64,000 nucleotides of DNA from the human T2T-CHM13v2.0 reference genome, Homo sapiens: NCBI RefSeq assembly GCF_009914755.1, contig NC_060940.1; one strand, given 5' to 3'. The notes under the pieces were generated by a model. That model did not search any database, was not told where the DNA came from, and worked only from the letters and a program-made list of their open reading frames with translations. Both the position numbers and the translations under genes were made by a program. Of this stretch, positions 42,585-57,050 are shown piece after piece (the stretch's first letter is position 1; each line of letters starts with the position of its first letter).

Positions 42585-42830
42585 TTAATAATAGTTGACA
42601 TTCATCAAATCCTTATTATGTGCCAAGTGCCTTCCTAAATGTTTTATATACTTGTGTCATTTAATTTTCATCATAACACTTGGAGGTAGCTACTATTAGT
42701 TCTCCCATTTTGTAAATGTGGAGACTGAGGCACAAAGGGATTATATAACTGGCTTATGATTATAAGGCTAGGAAGGTGCCAGGTGGGATTTAAATACTTC
42801 CATTTCTGGCTCTCCAGTCTAGGTTTCACA
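42585..42830 (-). mobile_element. MIR
   Basis: CCCATTTTGTAAATGTGGAGACTGAGGCACA. Confidence 0.8.
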
Positions 42831-44289
42831 AAGTATCATACAGGTGGAAGCTTTTGAGTTGAGTTGTGAACGGCAGAAAATTTAGCCCCGAGTTAGCTTA
42901 TGCTCACCTCAGGCAGAAGGCATTAAAGCAAGCATTTTTACATGTTTTGGATGTCATAGCCGAGGGAAGAACCATTTATGTAATCCCTTCCCTCTGGTCC
43001 TCACCAAGGGGGCTTCAGAAGCCCTTCAAGTCATAGCCTCATAATTAAGTAAATGAAAACCTTCCTGTGAACAAGGAATCTTCAAAGTGCTACTGCTTAC
43101 AGACTAATAACACTGACAGATCATGGTTTTCATTAGAACAAATTGCTGCTGAAGTTGGGCCAGGCCCTAGGTCTGTTCTGAATATGTTAAGAATCAGTGC
43201 ATTGCCAGATCTGGTCTAAGGTGCTAAATTTGAAAAGGATTTAGAACCAAGATACAGATGGAGCTGATCTTGAAGGAAACAAGAATGTGTCCACTGTTTT
43301 CACACCTAGGGCTTTAGCACACAGCAGGCATTCAATAAATTATCCATTGCCTGACCAAATGAAAAAGGTCCCAAATTAATTCCATGGAGCACCAGAGGTG
43401 TACAAACCACAGGGGTGATGGTGTATCAATCAAAACATTGGACTTTCTGTTTTTTTTTTTTTCAACAGAAACTCAAACTGACTTAAATAATAGAATTTAT
43501 TAGCTACCTAACTAAAAAGTTCAAAGGTACAGTGGCCATCAGGAAAGGTTTGATCCAGCAATGTTAATGTCAGCAAGTTTTTCTTGGTTTTGTCTTGAGA
43601 GCTCAGCCCCTAGGAAGTTTAAGACAGGATGTGTTTATACTACAGCCCTGTCTGAAGTCTGATGTTGTGGCTTGGTCAAGGGTAATATTTTACAGACACA
43701 CAATCTGGCCCGAGACAGAAAGAATTCACCAGATTGCCAAGACTTTTGTAGAGTACAGAGGAGCAGATCAACACAATTCAAGATCGTGACAGGGAATGTA
43801 GGGAATTCCTAGCTGTGTTAAACCTCAAAGAAGTTACTTAACCCCTGAGATTCTTGTTTCCCTCCACAGTAAGCATGAGGGAAACATAATTTCTGTCCTG
43901 TTTATTTCTTGGGGTTGTCAAAAGGCTCAATTGAGAACATACTTCTATTATAATTCTGCATAAAAGAGCAATATAATTAGTGATCATGGGAATTAACTGA
44001 TTATCAATGATGGTGATTTCTCCTAGTAGATGTTTAGGCTGATTCATTAGTTTATCCTTATATATATCTCCATGCACATACGAATAAATGAATATCTATC
44101 TATATATACACACACATACATATATATATGTATATACCTTTCCTTCAGGAAAGGTTTGGTCTAGCAATGTCACCAAGTTACTGGTTTTGTGTTGACATCT
44201 CAGCCTCCAGGAAATTTCAGAGATTGTGTGTTACATCATATTACATCAATATTACAGCCCTATTTGAAGTCTGAAACATGTATTTATGC

Positions 44290-44520
44290 ATGTGTGTTTG
44301 AAATATATGAGGTATAATTAATATACCATAAAATTTCAGCCTTTTAAGGTGTACAATTCAGTGGTTGTCCTTATATTCACAAAATTGTTCCACTATCACC
44401 ACTGCCTAATTCCAGAGCACTTTCACCTCCTCAGAAAGAAACACTGTATTTGTTGGCAGTCATTCCTCCTTACTCCTTTCTCCAGCCCTTAGCAACTACC
44501 GATCTCCTTTCTGTCTCTTT
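44290..44520 (-). mobile_element. L1MB-like 3' end
   Basis: GAGGTATAATT..TTTAAGGTGTACAATTCAGTGG..CTCCAGCCCTTAGCAACTAC. Confidence 0.8.
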
Positions 44521-45035
44521 TATTGGGCACCTATCGTGTGGGAGGCACTCTACCAGTTCTGGAGATACAACTGTGAGACAATTCTCCCAAGTGATTTGGA
44601 ATCAGATGAACAAACCCTGAATTACTCAGGCAAAAAATTAATGGGTCTGGCTAGCTTCCAACGTCACTTAGGAGGTGGCTGCTTTTTCAGGGAGAGACAA
44701 TATAGAATGGAGTGTGCAGGGTCTGGGGTTTACTCCCCCTCCCACATCGTGGCAGCCACGTGGCCTTGGTGTTTTCGAGTTTGAGTACTGTCCTCTATAA
44801 AACGGCACCTCCCCTCTAGGGTTTTATCCTCATGAATATAAAATGAGATGATATATGTAAAACATCAGTACCCAGCACATAGTCAGTGCTCAGTAAATAA
44901 GAACACTATTGTAATTGAAATGAATGACAAAAAGTGTTTTTCATTGAAGAAATAGCAAAGGGCGATAAGTGCTTATCTTAGGAATAGAAGAACAGGGGAC
45001 ATTTTCTTAACCTCATACTTCACTGCATTGAAACT

Positions 45036-45250
45036 GAGGTTTCCTGACCTTGGCTGTAGCATCATCTTGGACTGGATAATTCTCTGTTGTAGAAGGCTTC
45101 TTGTCTATTGCAGGATGTTTACTGGCATCTCTGGGCTGTATCCCTTGGATGCCATTAGCATTTCCCAAGTTGTAACAACCAAAATTGTCTCTAAACATTG
45201 CCAGATGTCCCCTAGAGGGCAAAATATTCCCTGGTTGGGCACCACTGGCT
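45036..45250 (-). mobile_element. MER20
   Basis: GGATAATTCTCTGTTG..GTTGTAACAACCAAAATTGTCTCTAAACATTGCCAGATGTCCCCT. Confidence 0.85.
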
Positions 45251-45489
45251 GAAACTGAATGTGTTCTGTGCTGGATACTTCACTTTCCTACATCTATGAT
45301 TTTGCTCACCTAGGGGACATCTGCTTCCCTAATCCTACCCTTGGCCTTTAAGACCAAGCTCCAGTGCTATCTCCTTCCTGGATCTTCCCTGATGAAAGAG
45401 TTTCCTCCCTTCTCAAATCCCTAAAGCGCTTTATCTCTGCATCTTGTATGACAAGAAGGAGTGCCAACTATGTACCAGATATGTGCGTT

Positions 45490-45618
45490 CTTTCTTTTTT
45501 TGTAGAGACAGGGTCTCACCATGTTGCCCAGGCTGGTCTCGAACTCCTGGGATCAAGCAATCTTCCTGCCTCAGCCTCCCAAAGTGTTGTGATTACAGGT
45601 GTGAGCCACTGTGCCCAG
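45490..45618 (-). mobile_element. Alu left monomer (FLAM-like)
   Basis: GTAGAGACAGGGTCTCACCATGTTGCCCAGG..GAGCCACTGTGCCCAGC. Confidence 0.88.
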
Positions 45619-46079
45619 CAGTGCTTTATAATCTTTATAACAATTCCACAAGGAAGGCATTCGTTATCCCCACTTGCAGATTAGGAAGCCAAGGTACAAA
45701 ATATCCCTTTCTCTGGAATAATCTGTATGCAAAACTTAGCCCCTTGGAAGACTGAGAAGGCCCTGTCTCATTCATTTCCAGCACAGTGCCTGGCACAGAG
45801 TAAGTGCTAAGAAAATTTACTGAGTAAATGAATGAAAATAAAAAGAAGCCTTGGAGGAAGATGTTCAGCATAGTTATCAAGCCTTTGAACATGGGAAAGA
45901 CTCAGATCTGTCCTGGGTGGTTAAATATTCATCTTCCTGTAGGATAATTAGCTGTCCAGACAATCTCTTGAAAACTTGCCTGATTCTAGCCATTCAACAG
46001 GTTTCCTGGGTGCCTCCTGGGTGCCAGGACTTGTGATGATCTCTGGGGAGGTCCAGAAATGAATAAGACATGGTCCTGT

Positions 46080-46655
46080 TCTAGAACTAGGAATACCATT
46101 TGACCCAGCCATCCTATTACTGGGATTATTACCCAAAGGATTATAAATCATGCTGCTATAAAGACACATGCACACGTATGTTTATTGCCGCACTATTCAC
46201 AATAGCAAAGACTTGGAACCAACCCAAATGTCCATCAATGATAGACTGGATTAAGAAAATGTGGCACATATACGCCATGGAATACTATGCAGCCATAAAA
46301 AATGATGAGTTCATGTCGTTTGTAGGGACATAGATGAAGCTGGAAACCATCATTCTCAGCAAACTATGGCAAGGACAAAAAACCAAACACCGCATGTTCT
46401 CACTCATAGGTGGGAACTGAACAATGAGAACACATGGACACAGGAAGGGGAACATCACATACCAGGGACTGTTGTGGGGTTGGGGGAGCGGGGAGGGATA
46501 GCATTAGGAGATATACCTAATGCTAAATGACGAGTTAATGGGTGCAGCACACCAATATGGCACATGTATACATATGTAACAAACCTGCACGTTGTGCACA
46601 TGTACCCTAAAACTTAAAGTATAATAATAATAATAAAAATAAAAAATAAATAAAT
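46080..46655 (+). mobile_element. Young L1PA (about PA3-5) 3' end
   Basis: ORF2-end relic (..YKSCCYKDTCTRMFIAALFTIAKTWNQPKCPSMIDWIKKMW), GGATAGCATTAGGAGATATACCTAATG, (TAA)n/A tail. Confidence 0.95.
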
Positions 46656-46908
46656 ATTATTATCCCTGTTTTATAACCAGTGTTATGGACATCCAAGGAC
46701 AATGTTGATTTTGTTAATAAACAGTGCATCAAATAAAAAAAAAAAGAAATACTCTGGAGATTGAAGATGCCTATGAGCTCCAAAGCATCGATTCCTCTCC
46801 TAAGTGTAGCTCCTAAAGAAATTGTTGATCCTGGGCACAGAGAGACATGCAAATAACAGTTATTGCAATGTTGCTGGTAATAGTGGAAAAATTGGAAACA
46901 ACCTAAAT

Positions 46909-47396
<488 letters not shown>

Positions 47397-47749
47397 CCTA
47401 AATATCCATTATAAGGTGGGTGAATAAATAAATTATGGTCTACGTATATGATGGATTACCTTGCAGTAATTACAATGAATGAACTATACCAAAAGACATG
47501 GACAAGAATGTTTATAGCAGCACTATTCATAATAGCCCCAAACTGGAAACAACTAAAATATCCATCAATGGCTGAATGAATAAATAAATTGCTTTGTAAT
47601 CGTAAAATGAAATATCATACATTTTTGAGAATGAACAGCTACAACTGTATGTGTGAACCTTGCAAATATGCTGTTGAGTGAGAGAAGCCAGGCACAAAGG
47701 TGTACAGACTGTGTGTGGTTCTGTTTATGGAAAGTTCTGGAAAAGGTCA

Positions 47750-48275
<526 letters not shown>

Positions 48276-48457
48276 ATTCTGGAGCAAACACCATTCACCT
48301 ACAGTGAACCTGCCATGGAATTTGTCACCCTGGGTGGAGGGTGGTTAATGTAAAAAAAAGCACAAGAGAGCTCCTGGGATTTGGGAGATGATTTTTTTTT
48401 TTTTTTTCTGTCTGGGTGCTGATTATGCTATAGTGCTCACTTGGTGGAAATTCATCA

Positions 48458-48886
<429 letters not shown>

Positions 48887-49223
48887 TCAGCACGCAAAAA
48901 AGTAAGTTTTGGAAGCTATATTCAAAATGTAGAACGTGCAAAACAATATAGTAAACTGTTTAGGGACCATGTCACAGATCTAAAAGATATGCAGGGAAAA
49001 AATAATCACTACATTCAGAATGGCGAATACCTTGAGAAAAATGAGATGGGGAGAGGCACACAGGGGCTTCATGGATAGCCCTAATTTTTTTATTTCTTGA
49101 ACTGAACTGTGAATAAATGGGCTTTATTATGTTATCCTTTATTTCCCTTTATGTATTTAAATATTAAATAATAATAGTAAAAAGAATAATAGATACTATC
49201 CTTATTTTTAAGGAATATATATA

Positions 49224-49357
49224 TTTTTTCAATGACAGATTTAGGGGGTACAAGTGCTGATTTGTTACATGGATGTATTGTGTAGTGGTAAAGTATGGGC
49301 TGGAAAAACTGGATTGCCATATGCAGAAGAATGAAAGTGGACCCCTATCTCTCACTA
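49224..49357 (-). mobile_element. Very short rearranged L1PB-like insertion (antisense 3' end + sense ORF2 piece)
   Basis: GATTTAGGGGGTACAAGTGC..TTGTTACATGGAT joined to GGAAAAACTGGATTGCCATATGCAGAAGAATGAAAGTGGACCCCTATCTCTCAC. Confidence 0.75.
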
Positions 49358-49358
49358 G

Positions 49359-49865
<507 letters not shown>

Positions 49866-51079
49866 GGGGCATATGTTTTAAAGTGGGTTCAGAAGAATGT
49901 AAGCCCATGAGGCAGGGATTTTTATCTATTTCATTCACTTACTGTATTTGTCTGCAGTGCCTCGAACAGTGTCTGATACATGGGAGGCACTCGCAAAGTA
50001 TTTGTTGAATGAATGAATGAAACAGCACGTGGACAGTTAGAGATTGACTGAAGAATACACTTTGGTAGTGCTGAGGGAATTTGGACAGGAGAAGAACCAG
50101 GAAATCTCGAAAGACACCCACCTGGGATCTTGGCAGGAAGCTAGGCATTGCTAAGTCTCTCTTTTAGCTGTCTGCACAGGTACTAATTTTCCAGCCTAAA
50201 CTTCAAGACTAAAACTTCGGGGCAAATATTTAAAAGGTGACACCTGCTGCCCTTATCCCCCCTCCAAATCAGGACTCTGTGTAGCTAAGGCTGTTGAGGA
50301 CTTCTCAGCTTGCCTGTTTCCTGGGGCTGTCTAGTAAATCCTGAAGCCTTTGCCAGTAGCCAGGAAGCTGAGATCACCTCGGAGCACAGATGGGGAAGGA
50401 GGTTATGGGGGAGACAGAGACTGTGCCCAGCTGGGTTGGAGAGGCAGGCAGAAACCCTCTTGTCTCTTGGCTGGCTGCCCAGTCTTGAATGGGAGAGAGG
50501 TCTTCCCACGAAGGATGAGTCAGCCACTGAAGCTTGGGAGAGGATGGGGTGGGGAACTGTGACCTAATTTGCTGCATAACTGGGGAGGCAAGCCTCCTCC
50601 CTGTGCTCTGGGGATGCTGTTTTTTAAACACTTTATAAATCTCCCTACTCACCCCATGCTGTTGTGTGGATCATCTCTCTTTAGGAGCAGGGGCTGTAGG
50701 AACGACATATCGTACCAGATTAATTTTATGACTGCCATTATTATGAATGCCATCATCATTGTTGTAGGGGTGGATCTTTGGTGCAATTCATCAAAGCAGC
50801 CAAAGTAAGGAAAATCCTGCAGAAATAAGGAAAGCTAATATAATAAAGACCTTCTTAGCTCCTTTCCAGATCAGTGTTTAGCTCAATTTTAGTGGTACCC
50901 AGGTTTATTCCTTTTAGCTTTCTCTTTAGAGAACTGTCCTATAGATTCCGGTCTGTCTTTGCATTGTAGTCTAATTAGTCCACAAAAATTTCTCTTGCAT
51001 GCTTAATCTATGCCAGACACAATTCTAGACATTGGGGATATGGTTATAAGTAAATTAGGCACAATCTCTGCTCTCTTGG

Positions 51080-51083
<4 letters not shown>

Positions 51084-51125
<42 letters not shown>
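51084..51125. repeat. (TG)n microsatellite within an antisense L2
   Basis: Directly visible. Confidence 0.98.
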
Positions 51126-51127
<2 letters not shown>

Positions 51128-51578
51128 GAGAGGGGCAAGTGGAGGAAAAATGTAAATAAAAATAAATAATGATAAATAAAGGTAAATAAAAATAAATTAT
51201 GATCATTTCCAATGGTTGTAAGCACTCACATTTAAAGGGTAGTGTCATATATTAGCAAGAGTGATCAGGGAAGGCTCTCTGGAAAGAATATTTTAATTAA
51301 AAACAGAAAGATAAGAGGAAACAGAAGAGCAGAATGAAAGAGTATTCCAGCCAAGAAGCACCACAGGTGCAGAGGTCCCAAGGTAGAAACAAAGTCTGGC
51401 AAGTCCTAAAACCAAATGAGTGGCCACTGTGGGTTGGGTCATCTTCCTCACCCACACCTCCGTATATCACTAAGTGAGCAAGGATGAGAGTGATATATAA
51501 TGAGGTGAGGGATGTTGGAAGGATGAATCATACAGAATCTTTTAGACTCCAGCAAGGAGTTTAGACTTTCTTCTAAGT

Positions 51579-52221
<643 letters not shown>

Positions 52222-53522
52222 TCATGAAGGATCCTATTCACTTTCCCTGAGGAGCCTGGCAGCTGAATCCCATATTCACAGAAAGTTTTCCTTTTGCCCT
52301 TCTTTTCCTTTTCAAATGCTAACAGGTTTCCTGGAATGATATGGGATCAGGAGGGCCCTCTGGACTGAACTGATTCTTCAGGGAAATAGAAAGTCAAGAA
52401 ACATGTGCCTGTTGTTTCGCTGGAGAGTTCAATTCTAGTGCTGCTTGGGAAGTGATTCTTAACTTCCATAAAGATATAGGCTACAGACTACGCTAGTTAA
52501 TTCCATTTGGGCAGTCACTGGATGAGTGAAACATTTCGACTTCAGAGCAGAGATTTGGCTGACAACTGGGAGGCATCAGACTAATTCATCCCATCACTCT
52601 CCTTCCTCCTGCAGACAAAAATGAACTTAATAAAATCTGCAGATGCTAGTGATAGTTGCTTTTTTTTAGTGCCTATGAGCTAAGCAACTTGTGTATATGT
52701 AACACATTGAACTTTTCCAACCACTCTACCTACTAGTGAATGATTCTTAAGAAATTTTAAACTATAAATATTTACATTAAGACCCCTAGAGGTGGGGATA
52801 GTAGCACTGATTTGGGCACAGTGGAAAGAGCACTGAATTGGGACTTCAGAAGCCTATGTTCTGGTCTAAGTTTTGCCACTAATTGTCTGTATAGCCTCGA
52901 AAAAGGCTCTTCTCTTGTGTGGATATTATCTGGAGGGGATTAGTAACGTATTCTTCAAGCACCCTTCTGGATTTTGTTGCCTGTGGCATAAAAGTATGCT
53001 TGCTTTCCTTATTATGCATAAGTGGCATCAAAGTATTATTGGAAGTGAGGCCCAGAGTGGGCTGAAGACACAAGTCAAGGGTCTCCAGCACTGCCTGCCA
53101 GGATTCTTTGGTGGTAAGCCAAAGAGACCAATTAGAAAGTGGAAGGCCTAGGAAGAAAAGGGACCAGGGAGTTCCAAGGTCCCTAGAGAACGGCAATGAA
53201 GTCCTATCTAGCGTCCGTCCTTGTATTCACTGCTCATGACTCAAATTATGGGGAGAAAGCGTATATCTGGACAAGCTTGGGCCACTCCTTGGCCAGGAGA
53301 GGGCAGGACATCTTTATTGATAATTTCTCTAAAATTTTATCCAATGGAAGAGAGGTAGTTCCCTAAAGGAAAATTGACATGTTCTTACCCAAAGAAGGAG
53401 GCATGGAAACCAGGCGGGCAAAAATGACCAAGACTCCCTAAAAACACAGACTATAGTTTCTAAAAATTAAGAATATGACTTTCATGTCCATATAAGCCAT
53501 GGCTAGCAAGTGATTTCTGGTG

Positions 53523-53787
53523 GTTTTTTTTTTTTTTTTTTTTTTTTTTTCCGGAGTTTCGCTCTGTCGCCCAGGCTGGAGTGAAGTGGTGCAATCTTGG
53601 CTCACTGCAACCTCCAACCCCCAGGTTCAAGCGATTCTCCTGCCTCAGCCTCCTGAGTAGCTGGGATTACAGGCACCCACCACCATGCCCAGCTAATTTT
53701 TATTATTAGTAGAGCGGGGTTTTGCCATGTTGACCAGGCTGGTCTTGAACTCCTGACCTCAGGTGATCCACCTGCCTTGGCCTCCCA
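53523..53787 (-). mobile_element. AluS, 5'-truncated
   Basis: Long T tail; 16-bp TSD CTAGCAAGTGATTTCT. Confidence 0.95.
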
Positions 53788-54300
53788 TCTAGCAAGTGAT
53801 TTCTAAGTCTATGTGAAATTGTAATTTATCAGAATCTTCAGTTCACTGGGATTCTTAGGTTGCTTATTATGAAAATTATTCTGAACCTGAAACTATATAT
53901 GTCTACATCTATAACTCTATATTTATCTGCATTTACATCTATCACATCCATATCTGTATCTATATCTATCTCTCTATATTTATATAAACTTTCAGGGTTG
54001 CTATGGAGCCAGCTGAGATTCCAGCATTGGTACCTTGTTAACCTACATGCACAATATTTTAATTAATTGATTAATTAATCCATCTGACAAATATTTGTTG
54101 AGCACCTGTTGTGACCGGGCACTGTGTTTACTTATCTGAGCAACATTCCCTGCTCTTGAGGGGCTTTTGTTTAAGTGTGTGTTGTTATCTTTGCTGATAA
54201 TTCCACTAAAACTGTACCCAGTGGAAGAGGGGCAGTTCACATACAGCTATTATGTTCACATAATCAAAGTGTTGGGGAGGGCGTTCAAGAATAGGGTATT

Positions 54301-54562
54301 GGCTGGGCACAGTGGCTCACGGTGAATCACAAGGTCAGGAGTTCGAGACCATCCTGGCCAACATGGTGAAACCCTGTCTCTACCAAAAATACAAAAAAAT
54401 AGCTAGGTGTAGTGGCTGGCACCTGTAATCCCAGCTACTCAGGAGGCTAAGGCAGGAGAATCGCTTGAACCCAGAGGTGGAGGTTGCAGTGAGCTGAGAT
54501 TGCGCCACTGCACTCCAGCCCGGGCAACAGAGTGAGACTCCATAAAAAGAAAGAAAGGAAAA
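54301..54562 (+). mobile_element. AluS (Sc/Sg-like) with a left-arm internal deletion
   Basis: GGCTCAC joined to GGTGAATCACAAGGTCAGG. Confidence 0.92.
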
Positions 54563-55133
54563 AGGAATAGAGTTATTAGCTCTGTCAGAATAATTGGATT
54601 TATGCAAGTTGTGTGTTTAAGGATTAATAAACATATTTAGGTGATAATGACCAGTGAAAGGCATTCAGGCAATGGTAAATGGGTGGGGTGGGACGGGGGC
54701 GGGGGGGGGTAAGGGCATGTCACTATGAATAGGCCTGGCCTAATCAGGAATTGGTGAATTTAAGATGGAAATTGTAGGTGGGGCTGGGAGGGGGGACTGG
54801 AAAAAGAGGGAAGATGGCCCAGATATTTGGAAAGATTCTTGGTCATCCTTGAAGGACTTGAAGCCATGCTTAGTGGCCTGAGTGATAAAGAAGGATAATA
54901 GCTTCATTTATTTGAACAGCAATTTTTTTTTTTTTTGCCAGTGAACATTAAGCCAACAGAAACTTTTAGTTAAATTTTAATTCATCAGCAAATCTGATGA
55001 CCCGGGGCATCCTGACTAATCAAACTTTTACTGTGATTCTCAATTAGTTTCACTTGGCAACATGTTGGAACCAATCATGGGTTGGCTGCAAATTCATGAG
55101 TTGTCTTTCCTACTTATTGCTCTAGAAAAATAA

Positions 55134-55487
<354 letters not shown>

Positions 55488-56069
55488 TGAGCCATTGACA
55501 TGGGTGCATCATCTTTAGCTTGAAAGGTTTGAGACTGAGCATTGCTTTCTGACTAATTCCTATTCCGCTCCTGTCTCAACAGAATCATGGGGATTTGGAA
55601 AGACACTGAATTCCTCTGAAATTCAGTTACTCTAGATATTCAGGCTGAAGGTACTTTCCTCATTCTCAGAATCTCTCTGAATCATTTTAGGTGTTCTAAG
55701 GTGTAGATGTTGCTTTCTATTTCGAGTGTGCCTTGCAGGGGGTAAGTAAGTAACAAGCAGGTTTCAAGCAGGTGAGTGTGACAGTGGCAGACAGCAAAAC
55801 ATCATGGTTGAGTTAGCCCTGCCCTAATTTCACCTGTGGCTTTGCCTGGAATGTCACCCCAAGCAGAGGAAATGAAACAGCATGGTGGAAGAGGGAAGAA
55901 ATATTTGGGACCTCAGAGAGTGGCTGAAAGTGAGCCAGGGGCAGCTTTTAGAAAGAAGTGGCACTTAACAATGAATCAAAAGAACATTGAGGGTTGCGTG
56001 GTTTCTCTGGAGGAGGAGAACATTGTAAGCTTGAGAGACATGAAAAAAGAGGGAGCAGTGCGAGCAGAG

Positions 56070-56255
56070 AATGCCTTGGACACTTTTCTTCCAAGGCCCC
56101 TGAGGTTTGGCCATATGACTTACTGTTGCCAGTGAAATGTGAATGGAAGCCTTTAAGAGCCACTGTGTGACTCACTGCAGTCTCTTCCCCCTGTCTTGGA
56201 GACGGGCTGTGTTCCAGACAATGGAGGCTCGGTTGGGCTGGGTTCCTGGGTGGAT
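56070..56255 (+). mobile_element. MLT1 (I/J-like) LTR fragment
   Basis: GGCCATATGACTTACTGTTGCCAGTGAAATGTGA..GGAAGCCTTTAAGAGCCA. Confidence 0.6.
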
Positions 56256-56429
56256 AATCCTATAGTAGGCACTGGGGTTGCGTAAATGAAAGAAATGGCC
56301 CTTGCTCTCAGGGAATTCATGATAGGGGGAAGAACTGGTGATGGGGAGAGCACAGTTCAACTTAGGGGAATCAGGTAAGACTTCTTGGGGACTGACATTT
56401 GAGCAATGTTGTAAAGAATGAGAAGTTAA

Positions 56430-57050
56430 AACCACTGTGGAAGACAGTGTGGCAATTCCTCAAAGACCTAGAACCAGAAATGCCATTTGACCCAGCAATC
56501 CCATTACTGGGTATATACCCAAAGGAATAGAAATCATTCTATCATGAAGATATATGCGCGTGTATGTTCATTACTGCACTATTCACAATAGCAAAGACAT
56601 GGAATCAACCCAAATGCCCATCCGTGATAGACTGGATAAAGAAAATGTGGTACCTGTCACCATGGAAAATACTATGCAGCCATAAAAAGGAATGAGATCA
56701 TGTCTTTTGCAGGGACATGGATGGAGCTGGAAGCCATTATCCTCAGCAAACTAATGCAGGAACAGAAAACCAAACACCGCATGGTCTCACTTATAGGTGG
56801 GAGCTGAACAATGAGAACACATGGACACAGGGAGGGGAACAACACACACTGAGGCCTATTGAGGGTGGGGAGGGGGGAGAGTGAGAGCATCAGCAAAAAT
56901 AGCTAATGCATGCTGGGTTTAATACTTAGGTAACGAGATGATTTGTACAGCAAACCACCATGACACACATTCACCTATGTAGCAAACCTGCACATCCCGC
57001 ACATGTACCTTGGAACTTAAAATTTTAAAAAAAAGAAAGCATAAGAAAAA
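56430..57050 (+). mobile_element. L1PA (about PA10-13) 3' end inserted in L2
   Basis: ACCACTGTGGAAGACAGTGTGG... to CCTTGGAACTTAAAA; TSD AAAGAATGAGAAGT. Confidence 0.93.

Noticed and set aside
51152-51202. 30-bp-period A-rich duplication
   Set aside because: Low-complexity slippage inside L2 with no sign of function
54990-55020. TGATGA...CTGA as a C/D-box snoRNA
   Set aside because: Boxes are far too close together and there is no terminal stem
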